Under the pieces are notes generated by a model. It had not been told where the DNA came from, did not search any database, and saw only the letters and a program-made list of their open reading frames with translations. A program made the position numbers and the translations under genes. Shown here piece after piece: positions 12,201 to 30,499 of a DNA stretch of 64,000 bases (its first letter is position 1; each line of letters opens with the position of its first letter). The stretch lies in contig RSEE01000042.1 of NCBI GenBank assembly GCA_003971905.1, forward strand, positions 434,001-498,000, read 5' to 3'. Source of the stretch: Moniliella sp. 'wahieum' (lineage: Eukaryota).

Positions 12201-13452
12201 ATGCTCTACGTCGACAAGCACCGCCCCACCTCCTTCCCGCAGCTCACCTACCACCCGAGCTTACCGAGCGCTCCAGGGCCTGGCGAGGGTGGCCGATGTG
12301 CCCCACATGCTCTTCTACGGCCCCCCCGGCGCGGGCAAGCGCACCCGGATCAACTGCCTCTTGCGCGATCTCTTTGGCCCCGGCGCACAGAAGGTGCGCG
12401 TCAGCCAGCGCGTCTTCCTCACCCGTCCAAGCGCAAACTCGACATCAACATCATCACCTCCAACCACCACATTGAGCTCACGCCTAGGTACGTTGCCGCC
12501 TCCCCCTCGGGCCCGCGCCTTCTTCCTTCCCGCCTTCGCCTCCCACGCTGACCCTCCCCTTTCTGGGCGTGCGTTCCCAGCGATGCGGGCATCTATGACC
12601 GTCTCGTCGTGCAGGACATTATCAAGGACATTGCCAAAACATCTGTGCTCGAGGGCGGGCCTGTCGAGGCGGGCAACTTGTCGGGCCACACGCCCACCGC
12701 CACGGCCAAGGGCAAATTCAAAGTGGTCGTCATCTACAGTGCTGACCAGCTGACGCGCGATGCGCAAGCTGCTCTGCGTCGGACCATGGAGAAGTACATG
12801 AGCAATCTACGTTTGATCCTCTGTGCCGACAGCCTGGCCCGGCTCATTGCTCCCATTCGAAGTCGGTGTCTGCTGCTCCGGGTGCCTGCGCCGTTGGCGA
12901 GTGACCTGGTGGAGCTGCTGCAGACGGTGGCTAAGAAGGAAAAGTTCACCTTGCCCTCCGATGCGGCTGTAGCGCTGACCCACCATGCGCACGGCAACAC
13001 GCGCCGGGCGGTGTTGATGCTGGAACTGCTGCACCAGCATGGTGGCGGTGGGCTGGAGACGAGTTCCAAGGACGGGAAAAAAGCGCTGGACCTGGCAGTG
13101 GCCCTGCCCGAGTGGGAGCAAGTGGCTCGATCAGCGGCGGAGGTGTGGCGCTGACCAAGCTGTCGTCCGAAGGCGTGTTGGAGGGAGGGGGGAAACTGTA
13201 CGCCTGCTTACCCATGCCATTCCAGCGACCATTGTGCTCAAGACGGTGGCGTGGCGCATGGTGGAGCGGATTCCCTCGGTCGAGGAGAACGATGAGCTGC
13301 GCTCGGCCATCATTGGGTGGGCATCTGTGTACCAATCCCGCTTGCGTCAAGGTGCCAAGCCGATCCTGCACTTGGAAGCGTTTGTGGTCAAGGTCATGGC
13401 CGTGTACAAGGCCAAGCAAATGGGGGAATCGGTGGAGATGCCAGAATTGTAA
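12201..13452 (+). CDS. RFC5: Replication factor C subunit 5 (human RFC3 orthologue)
   Basis: MLYVDKHRP start, HMLFYGPPGAGKRTR P-loop, ADQLTRDAQAALRRTMEKY, IAPIRSRC, C-terminal GAKPILHLEAFV. Intron about 12488-12579. Confidence 0.95.
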
Positions 13453-14100
13453 CCGCCCGCTAGGGGCGGGGCTTGGCCAATGTGAGCTTGATGCACCACA
13501 GGCGCCGCACACACCCTGGACTATCAAAACGTGCATAACCACATAGCGAACATAGCATTACTCAGTGATGTGACAGGTGGGACCGCCCATGGAGCAGAGC
13601 ATGTAGCATGGACCTGCCTGCCTTCTTCCGAGCCTTCCTGTCCTTCCAATGTGTCCTTTCCCCCCAAGACGTGCCCTTTCTTCCAAGGCGCATTCTTCTT
13701 GCCCGGCACATGCCTGTGGCAAGAAGCACACCTCCTCGATCTGTCCCCCTTCATCGTCACACCAACCACTCTGGTTTCGTTGCTCATTTCTCCACCCCGT
13801 CGCTGTCTTGGGTTTCTAGCCCAGATCATCACAAGCTAAAAACCCACAGCTGTCCGTCCCACCCACAGATGCCTGAGCCAGCCTCACTCAGTCGACGGAA
13901 CCGTAGCGACCTAGCTGCCTGCTCGCGGCAAACTAGGCAGAAGGAGCCAAACTAGTAGCAGATGATTAATTGGCGAAGCCTTGCTGACACTAAGGGGAGA
14001 AATGCATAAGAAGGTAGACATTGACGTTAGGTTAGACAGTAGGCGAAAAGGAAGAGGGAGAAAGGTGATATTTTTTTTTGGCCTGCAGTAGTAGTAGCGG

Positions 14101-19620
<5,520 letters not shown>

Positions 19621-20193
19621 GGGGGATCACAGAGAAAAGGGAGAAGGGGAGAGGGTGGAGAGTGGTGGAGAGAAGGGGGCACACGCGCAGACACGGGCGC
19701 AGGCGCGGGTGGGCGGGGGGAACGAAAGGCGCGACGGGGCCGGGGGGCGGCAGACGGCGGCGGCGGCGGCAGTGGGCGGGGCAGCAGGCGGAGCAGGGCG
19801 GGGGGGGCAGCGGGCGGCGGGCAGCGAGGCGGGCGCGTCCACGGCGGCGGAGGGCGGTGGGGCGTGCGTGGTGCGTGCGTGCTGGCCGCGGCGGAGGTGG
19901 TGGCGACCGAGACGAGCGGAGGCCCGCGACGGCCGGCAGAACTCGTCCGAAGCAAGCCGGCGCGTGCCACTCTCGCCCACACTGGTCCCGTGCCGCACGC
20001 CGTTCCGCCCGCTGCGCATTCCGCCCGGGGCCCGCGCGGTGGCCGCGCGGACGCCCGACGAACGCGCTGGCTGGTGCCACGCGGCCGCTTAGTCAGCCCC
20101 GCGCCTCCCCGCCTCCCGTGGCCGCTCGCCTGCGCGGCCCACGCGCCGCCCTCTCCTCTCCATCCACCGCCACCGCCACCGCCCAGCCGCCTC

Positions 20194-22555
20194 ATGTCCT
20201 GGTGGGCGCCGACCCCTTCAGCGACGCCGTCGACAAGGCCACGTCCGAGCTGCTGCCTCGGGCACCGAGGACATTGCCCTCAACCTCGACATTGCCGACC
20301 AGATCAAGAGCAAAAGCGTCGCCGCCAAGCACGCCATGCAGGTCCTCAAGCGCCGCATCAGCCACAAGAACCCCAACGTCGTCCTCCTGGCCCTCGGCCT
20401 CACCGACATCTCCGTCAAGAACGGCGGCGATGAGTTTCTGCCGAGGTCGGCTCTCGCGCGAGTTCATCGACAACCTCGTCTCCATCCTCCAGATCCCGCT
20501 CGCCGGTGGCACCCTCAATCCCGACGTCAAGCAGCGCATCCTCGGCTTGCTCCAGGCATGGGCCCAGATCAGCGAGGTGCGGCCGGATACATGACCCATG
20601 CCGCGGCTGTCTACAAGCAGCTGCGGGCCGATGGGTACCAGTTCCCACCCAAGGACCCGGTCGAATCCGTCGATCCTCCTCCGCTGCCGCCTTCGAGACA
20701 CGTACCATGCCGAGTGGGTTGATGGCGAGGTGTGCCTCCGCTGTCGCACGTCGTTTACCACATTTACCCGCAAGCATCACTGCCGCAATTGTGGCAATGT
20801 ATTTTGCCACCAGTGCTCTTCCCAACCATGGCTCTTCCATGGTTTGGCGTTGGCCAACTTGTCCGAGTGTGTGACGGTTGCTTTGCGCGCAAGTCCATCC
20901 CGCCCAAGGCGGCTGTGGTGCGGCGAAAGTCGATCGATTCGCCTCGCTCCCCGCCTAGCTATGGCCGAGGCGGCGCTGGTGCTGCGAGCAGTCCTCGCCA
21001 CGCACGGTCCAAAACGATGGACCCTCGGGCCGCCGCAGCGCGGCGCAAGGAGGAAGAAGACCTGCAATTGGCATCAAGCTCTCTCCAAAGTTCGGGCCAG
21101 CAGGTCCGATCACACCCTCTGCCCTAGTGCACCTTCGATGCCCGGGCGTCAATTGGAGGGGACCGACGAAGCCTCGATCGACGTGGACGCTGAGAACGAC
21201 CCGGACTTGGCTGCGGCCATCAAAGCCAGCTTGGAAACGGCCCCGCCTCAAGTTCTAGCGGCCCAGCGGGCGACTGCCCCGGCTCCGATCGAGGTGTTGA
21301 CCCCTCAGCACCTGCTTTGGCCCCCTGCCCCAACGGCGCCCTCAGCTGCCCCGGCTGTGCCCGTCTCTGCTGGTCCGACTCTACCGAACGTGGAGATGGA
21401 CGCGAACGACATTGATTCGCTTTGACATTTGCGCAAGCGGTCTCGCGTCTTGACCAGGCCATCGCTGCTGGCCAAGCTCCCACGCAGATGGAGCGCCCTC
21501 CCCCACCCGTCCAAGCTGCGCTCGAGAAGTCCTTGGGCGCTCGTCCGAGGCTAGACGCAAACTGAATGAAGCCGAGAATCGACTAAAGCGGCTCAGCGAG
21601 ATGCAAGCCAAGATTGACTTTTCTGTCAAGTTGTACGACCGTCTGCTCGATGCCCAACTGCTGCTGCTGCTCCCGCACCATCTTTTGCTCCTCCCATCTC
21701 AGCCTACCAGCCTCCAGCTCCTGTCCATCCATCTTATCTTCCGTACACGTATCCTTCGCAGGCTTCAACCGACACTCATCCGTACGCTCAAACTTACCCC
21801 CTGGCCTTGGCCCAATCCCAAGGCCAGAGCCAAAGCCAAGGCCAAAGCCAAAGCCAAACCCATGCGTACCCTCAAACATACCCGCAAGGATATCTTCCCC
21901 CGCCGAGCCCAGCTTATGCCGATCCCGCCCACGCCTCCCCGGTCCCTAACATGGCCACCGCACCAACACCGAATCCCGCGTTGCAACGGCAAACGAGCAT
22001 TTTCCCTGCCTCTCCTACGGTAGCGCCAGTTCCGACTTTCAACTACTCTGTCTATTCGCCCTTTACCGCACCTCAGGCTGCTGCCTCCGCCTCGCCTAGT
22101 GGAGTGGCAGTTGCGTCCCCCCCAATGTCGCCGTCAGCGCCATTGTGGTTCAGTCACCTTCCATTTCTGCCCCTGCACCATTCCATGCCCCTTCTACTTC
22201 TTCCGCACAGCCACTTGCTTTCGAGTGAGGCGCAGGCCCAACCGCCAGGCGCGGCAATGCAGGCGCCGGCAACGAGCGCGACCTACCCCACGGCGCAGCC
22301 TCTTTTGCCCTCTACCGGGACCTACCCGCAGCCTTCTTTTGCCCCCCCTGGGAGTACAGGTGCGCCGCCGGTGTCAGTGTCTGGGGCGCGCAGGGTGCGC
22401 AAGACGTGCACCTTCCCTCTGCCCCGACCGTTGCTCCCGCGACGCACAATTGGCTCGCCGGGCCCGATTCGCACGTGCCAGCCCAGACGCCCCAATGGGC
22501 TTTGCCCCCCCAGCAAGCAGCCCCCCAAGCCGAGGTCTCCTTGATTGAGCTCTGA
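20194..22555 (+). CDS. VPS27: ESCRT-0 subunit Vps27/Hrs
   Basis: VHS domain ([20 protein letters not shown]), FYVE finger ([38 protein letters not shown]), two UIMs ([20 protein letters not shown]), coiled coil (VKLYDRLL), Pro/Gln-rich tail ending in clathrin-box-like LIEL-stop. Confidence 0.95.
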
Positions 22556-22827
22556 CATGTTTTCTCTCATCCGTTCCACTCCAATTTACGGTTTTCTCGC
22601 TTTGCCCGTCGCCCTTGCTTCCCAAATAGATCTAGTGGATGTAGGACCTATGTTAAGCAGTAGTCGGACCCGGTTCCGCTGCTGGAGCTCCGAGCTGGTC
22701 TGGACCTTGCCGCAGTTTTGGCGTCGTTCGGGCTTGAGTGCCTCCGCCTGCTTTGTGCGGTGGGTCAGGTTGAGCTGGAGTAGATGGCGACAACCATTTC
22801 CCCTTTCCTGCTGGGGTTGCTCAGAGG

Positions 22828-22870
22828 TAACCCTAACCCTTTTCTTCTTCATGCTCAAAGGGTTAGGTTA
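22828..22870. repeat. Inverted pair of telomere-type repeats (telobox-like)
   Basis: TAACCCTAACCCTTT (22828-22842) and AAAGGGTTAGGTTA (22857-22870), reverse complements apart from one base. Confidence 0.7.
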
Positions 22871-23683
22871 GGTGCCTTGAGTGCTTTGCGTCGCCGCACG
22901 GGCCCCGTCCCGAGTTCCAACTCGTGTGTGCTCCCCCCTCCAGAGCCGCACTGTGAGCCGCTGCAGCCGTGTTTTGCCAGAGTTTGAGGTTTTATGAGCA
23001 GCGGCAGAAGCGCAGGAAGCGCCCCTCCAATTTGACTTGCCCAATCAAATGCCAGTGTCAGTGAGGCTTTTGTTGAGGAGAGGAGGGATGCCAAACAGCA
23101 ATGCCATATATACCCTCCTCTTGGTTTCGTCTTGGGTCGGCTGGCTGATAGGCTCTCCTGCGCAATCACACCTGCCGCATTGGTGTATCCTTACCAGAAC
23201 TGCGCAAGTACATGCTTGCGGAGATGGGAGCGCAGGCAGGGAGAATTGTGGTGGCAACATCCAGAGGCAGAGAAGTGGCCCACGCTCCCGCCAAGCCAGA
23301 ATGGAGGGTATTTTAACGGCGCCCGCACGCACATCACGTGATGGGAGTTCACATTTCATATGTGCTGAGTCAGCGCCGAGGCGGCCCGGGGGTTGGCATG
23401 CATCATGCATCCTACGTCATGGTGTGTGACGGCCAATAATCGATCATCGGATGCGCATGCGGGCGGGGTCTGGCACAGGGGGGCTGAGATTGCACCCGAC
23501 CGCCCCATCACTCGGCCCCTGCACAGCGGATGGCGTGGGACGCAGCACCCCCACTGCCACTAAGCACTAAGCACCAACCCCCACCAACCAGCGCCATCCG
23601 CTCCCCCCACCACCACCTGCTGCGCCGTCGCCGCCACGACGCCTTCTCCGCTCAGCTGCTGGTCGCTTGCGCTGGCGCTCTGG

Positions 23684-26600
23684 ATGAAGCAGCCGCCGCC
23701 TTCGCCCTCGGCCCAGGCGGCGCCAGCGCTAGCGCCAGCCCCCCTTCCCACCGCCCGCAGCCCCGCCCGTCCCGTCGCTGCCCGAGTCCATGCGCGCGCA
23801 CCGGCCATGAGCTCCGACATGCCTTCCTCCCCGCTCCCCTCCTCCTTTGACCCACACCATCTGCATCCCGCCGCCGTCGACGCACGCACGGCCTCATCCC
23901 ATGCCCCGCCCATCCCCCACATCAGGCGAGTGGCCTGGCGCCCTACATCCCTACTCCCATCAGCCGTGCTGCTGCAAGTCTACGACGTGTGGGCAGCTTT
24001 GCCTCACTCACCCTAGCTCCTGCAGCACAGGCTGCTTCGCCAGAAGCACCTGGCTCGGAACCTGCCCCTCCGGCCGAGGTATCGCCACCGTCAGCGTCGG
24101 CGTCGGCACTAGGCGACAAGTCACGCCGTCCCTCGGTGCACCGTGCGCTCGCTGCACCGTATCGCATCCCCAACACGACAACAGTACGGACGGTGACCAA
24201 GATCTCTACCCCCAGGCGCACCCAGCCTGAGTCCATCTCAGCCATCAATCCCTTGTCTACTACTTCCGAGCCCAAGCCCGAGCCCGAGCTCGAGGCGGTG
24301 CCGCCTTCGGTGCCCGCATCCGTCGAACCTGTCCCTCGTAAACGGACCGTATCGTGGTTTGGCCGCAAAATCCCGAGCCCTCCCCCGTCACCTCCCTCGC
24401 CGCCCGCGCCAGCAGCTGACCCTACTCCATCGCATGATCCGCCGCCCGAATCCGAGGCACACCAGTACTTACGTTTCCTGCGCGACGGGCCGGCCGTCGA
24501 GGCCTCGATGGAGCCAGTTGCTGAAGAGGGTAATGATCGCCCACTGTGGATCCCCTGCCGCTTCCCAAAGCGCGCTTGCAACAGAACCTCCAAAGCCATC
24601 TCTGCTGCGGTCTATATTTCTTGGGGCCCAACACCAGATCCTGTTCCTGTCTCTTCCGTCGAGCCCCCCTTGGAACTCGAACCCCAAGTAGAGGAGACTG
24701 TCTGCACCAATGCGCCTCCTCCGGATGAGACAAGAGGCGCTGACTCGCCGCCACAGTCTGGGTGGCTGTGGCCCTTTTGGACAGCACCCCGCGAAGAGGG
24801 TCTACCCCCACCGTCTCAGGATCCCCCGTCTGCCATTGTCAAAAGGAGACGCTTCAACCTGAATCGGGTGCGATGATGGACATTACGGATGCTGACTGTC
24901 AACCACAATTACCAGTGGTAGAGAATAGCACAGCTCCCAGTGTCGGAAACTACATCTTCCTGGATGCCCAGTCTTCGGTGGGGAGGGAAGAAGAGCGTGC
25001 CGCTCCCACCTCCGAGGGGAGCAGCTCTGCGTGTGAACCAGCCCAGCCGGATGTGACACGGCTGAACAGATCAAACGGGATGTGTTGCTTCGGTATGGCT
25101 CCTCTGAGCAACTAGTGCGGACCACCCACGCGCTGTGTCAACCGGACCAAACGCCCGGTGCAGACGTGGTGGCACGTCCTACTTGGATGTCGCTTTTGCG
25201 TTGGACAACCTCATCTGCCCCTGCTTTGCCTAGTTCCGGGGAGCCCAATGGGCCGGAAGTGATGGACTTGGATGAGGACCCCAATGCCCCTGGACCTGTG
25301 GCTCCGGACCCCACACCCACCCAGACATCTGCCTTGTGCTGAACCGACGGTCTACCAGTCGTCCAAGAGCGTCAAGGATGTAGCCAAGCATAGCTTGAAA
25401 CAAGAACTGAACCCCAAATCGGCTTCCACCCCGTCGTTGACGCGCACATCTCGAGCCACCCCCGCACCTTCGGTTCAAGGACCAGCGGAGCCTTCCAAGC
25501 CCACAAAGGCGTCCACGGAAACGAAGCCTACGTCCAAATCTGGAAAAGAACCCAAGGACCTTGTCCCCCTTGCTCCCAACCTGGTCGCGCCCAGCTTTGA
25601 AGACACGTTCTTATCCCCACCTCGGTCGCTGGTGCCCAAATCTGGAGTATGGGAACGGACCATTTCCTACCTCTTTTCCACTTCATCAAGTACGCAGACA
25701 GACGCGTCTCCAACCCCTGACGTCCCATCCCTGTCCGACAAGTTACCTAAGGCGTGGACGACACTCGAACGTTGGCCCGACTCGCAGATTCGTCGGGTGG
25801 TTGTAGTAGGGGTGCACGGCTGGTTCACGCAAAGTTTCCTCAAGACCGTTATGGGTGAGCCCACGGGAACGTCCCACAAGTTTGCCACCATGATGAGCCA
25901 AGCAGTAGAGGACCAGTTGGATGCGCTGGGGGTGCCCAAAGCCGAGCGGCATGTGACCAGCATCCCTCTGCATGGCGACGGAAAGGTTTCGGAGCGGGTG
26001 GACATGTTGTATGGGCAACTGCAGGGCAACTCGGAGTGGCTTGCTGCCCTGCGCAATGCGGATGCGGTCTTTGTTGCTGCACACAGCCAAGGCGCCATTG
26101 TATCGGTACATCTGTTGGCGCAGATGCTGGAAGAGGAGGTGGTACAGACGGACGGACGGCTGTGTGTCTGTTGGCCATGTGCGGGTTCATCACGGTCCAT
26201 TTACCCATTTGCAAGGCAACTTGCCTCGACGTATCTGCACTACTTTGAGACGGCTGCCGCTAAAGAGCTATTTGAGTTTCAATCGCCGTCGAGCGGGGTG
26301 AGCCAAGCCTACCTCGCTGCGCTTCAACGTGTCCTCGCGCCGCCCCAGGCAAAGGGACATGGCCAGCCCGGAGTGAAGGTTTGTTTGTTGTGGTTGGGGA
26401 TGATCAGGTGGTCCCGCTCTACCGGATTGAACTTTTCGGTGGATCACACCCAATGTGCTAAGGGCTTTGTACATCAATGGGCAAGCGTTCCCGCAAGGCC
26501 AAGATGACTTTCTCATTCACCTTCTCAGCTTCTTGGTCCGCATCCGCAATGCCGGCTTGGACGATCATGGATTGCTCGCCGCCATTGCTCGTCGGCGGTG

Positions 26601-27113
26601 GGGGGAGCGTGTTTGGAGGATCGGGACACAGTCTGATTTACGATGAAGCAGCAGTGTATACCTTGGCCGTTCGGTACCTGTTCCAAGTCGACCTCTACCG
26701 CCCCTCGGCGCCTCCCGCGCCCAGCCGTACCAAGCGGGGGAAACGCACACGCACTGCCGCTCCCTCGCCTGGCTCGGTCCAGGTCAGCTCGGACGAACGA
26801 CGCCAATCCCTCACGGACGGGGCAATGAAGAATCCGTACCAAACTTCCCTGGGCATTCCGCGGACTGCTGGAGACCACGCGAATCAAACGTTGGTTCGGC
26901 TCGGAACTGGATCAGCTCATCGACGCATTCGATCAATGGCGACCGGTCACCAAGCCGCTCAAGGACATCCAGTTCCGCCTCCAGCCCTTAAGCCAACATG
27001 CGGCGCTCGACGCGCCCGCAAGTCCCAGACCAAGGCGCCGAGATGGGACGGCCAGTCGCCGGTCCGAGTTTTGCTTCTGCCTTGCCGTTTCCTGGATCCC
27101 TTGGCCCTTCTGA
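23684..27113 (+). CDS. YML020W-like fungal protein with C-terminal alpha/beta-hydrolase-like domain
   Basis: Long Pro/Ser-rich N-terminus, then VVVGVHGWF, GEPTGTSHKF, nucleophile-elbow AAHSQG, ELFEFQ, DQVVPLY, GSGHSLIYD and NPY.LPW...W.PVTKPLKDI motifs. Both ends approximate. Confidence 0.8.
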
Positions 27114-27826
27114 TGTCCATGCCCTTGTCCGTGGGTTGTATCCCGCTTTCCCCCTCATTCCACCCCACCCCCATTCCCCATCCTTCATCCCCCCATCCCC
27201 CTTTCCACTGCTGTCGAGCGTTCCACATCTCCCTCGTAGCATTACCCCCTGTCATATCCCATTATCTGCATGTGCTCTGTACCATCTTTACTTTTTTCTT
27301 TTCTTGATTGCCTGGTTCTCCGTTCGCCCTCGTTCGCCCAAATACGAGGGACCGGAGGTGAGGAGGAAGGATAACGTCTCGGGCGCAAGGACAGGGGCGA
27401 GGCAGAAGACAACATTCTCCTAACTAATGACGACGTGTGTACGACCGAATGCACGGGCTGGGTCCTGTAGAAGGCAACAGGGCGTCAATGATTGGATGCG
27501 CAGCACCTCACTTGGGGCCGTTGGGCTAGCCCACCAGCCAAGATGGCAACCCCACCCCCAACCAGCCCGTGCTCGAAAGCCGTTTGAAACTTTGAGAAGT
27601 AGACGCAACACTCAAAAGTAGCACCTGAAATTGAACTCCCCTCCGGGCGGAACCTACCTCCACATTGCTGCCTTTCCGCGCTCCCGCCATTTTTCTTCGC
27701 CCGTGCTCTTCCGCAGGTGCTGCGGTCTGCTGCTCACCGCCACCGCTTGTCGGCGCGGCCCCCGGCGTGGCGCCCTCTGTCTTCTCTCCGCCATCAGGGT
27801 ACGTGCTCTTCCCTCGTCCTTTCATC

Positions 27827-27933
27827 GGGATGAAATCTACCGACAGGCGGACCTAAACCCACGCTTCTCCCTGCACCCAAATTTTCAGGGGGGTGCACAG
27901 AGGTAGTGGTTGCGGATCTTATTCGGCTGCTGA
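27827..27933 (+). ncRNA. Candidate box C/D snoRNA inside an intron (27799-28008) of an apparently non-coding transcript
   Basis: Donor GTACGT, branch GCTGAC, acceptor AACAG. Inside: C-box-like GGGATGA, internal stem CCACGCTTCT..TGCACCC/GGGTGCA..AGAGGT.GTGG, D box CTGA about 60 nt upstream of the branch point. No target identified. Confidence 0.45.
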
Positions 27934-28071
27934 ATCCACGTCAAAGTGCTTGCCGCTTACGCTTGGCGCGGGCTATGTGCTGACCACGATCTGCTCGCTC
28001 TGAACAGATGGCTTGGGCCTGCACGCAGCCTTGATTTGATTGATGGGCTTGCGAGCGGCTTTCAACGCACA

Positions 28072-28177
28072 CAGTTACACGGTAACGTTCCTTCTCCTTG
28101 TTGTTGCCCCCTACCCTCCCCACGCAGTTACAAGGTAGCGTTCCTTCTCCTTGTTGTTGCCCCCTACCCTCCCCACG
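28072..28177 (+). repeat. Tandem duplication, 2 x 53 bp
   Basis: CAGTTACA(C/A)GGTA(A/G)CGTTCCTTCTCCTTGTTGTTGCCCCCTACCCTCCCCACG twice, 2 mismatches. Confidence 0.9.
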
Positions 28178-28473
28178 CCCCCTATCCCTTCTCCCTTTTT
28201 CTCGTCTATAAGTAATTACCTGAATGAATCAGAACCAGCAGCTGGTATGAGCGCGAACGATCATCCCCTGCCCTTGTGTTGCGAGCGGCCTGTAACGAAG
28301 GATAGACAGCACGTGTTAAGGCCAGCCTAGGGGCGTTGGAAGTTGATACATTGCAATGCCTGATTGTTGACCGACTAAACTCTTCCATCATCGATCCACG
28401 ATTATCGATCGTCTCTGCTGGGTAGGAGCTACCCAGGAGGGGAAACAGGGGGCAATCTTTAATCCCGTGATAG

Positions 28474-30036
<1,563 letters not shown>

Positions 30037-30499
30037 AATGACGACTACCCCGCTGCTGCATATTCTCGTTTTCGTTCTTCATGCTTCATGCCCAAAATGT
30101 GTAATGCACCATCCCCCTCTGCACTTGCCCATCTCACGACTGTTCCCATAGTGTCTCTTCAGAAAGCAAAGTCTTATGTGCTACATGACCGAACCCAAAT
30201 CTGATGAACCGGGATTGCGTGTTGGAGATATGCCTACATACCACAACTGAGCCAGCTTAGCCTAGTAGCGTAAGTAGAATTGCTATGATGACTCGCTCAC
30301 AAGACTCGAAGTGGGCGTAGGTGGGTATAGAGACGGTGGTTAGCGCGAGTTGCATATCGGACACCATTAGCTTCTTTCTTCAATAGTAGCTACGCGCCAG
30401 CTCTGTAGACGCAGTCTGTAAGCAGGCCGAAAGGCGGGGACGATAGTCATCCAGTGAAGCATCATGGGGATCTTGCAAGTTTGTTCGACTCGAACAACC

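Noticed and set aside
27708..27718. CTTCCGCAGGT, complementary to the 18S rRNA 3' end (U13/snR45-like guide)
   Set aside because: Only 11 nt, lies outside the C/D-bounded segment and is equally explained as a pyrimidine tract plus CAG splice acceptor.
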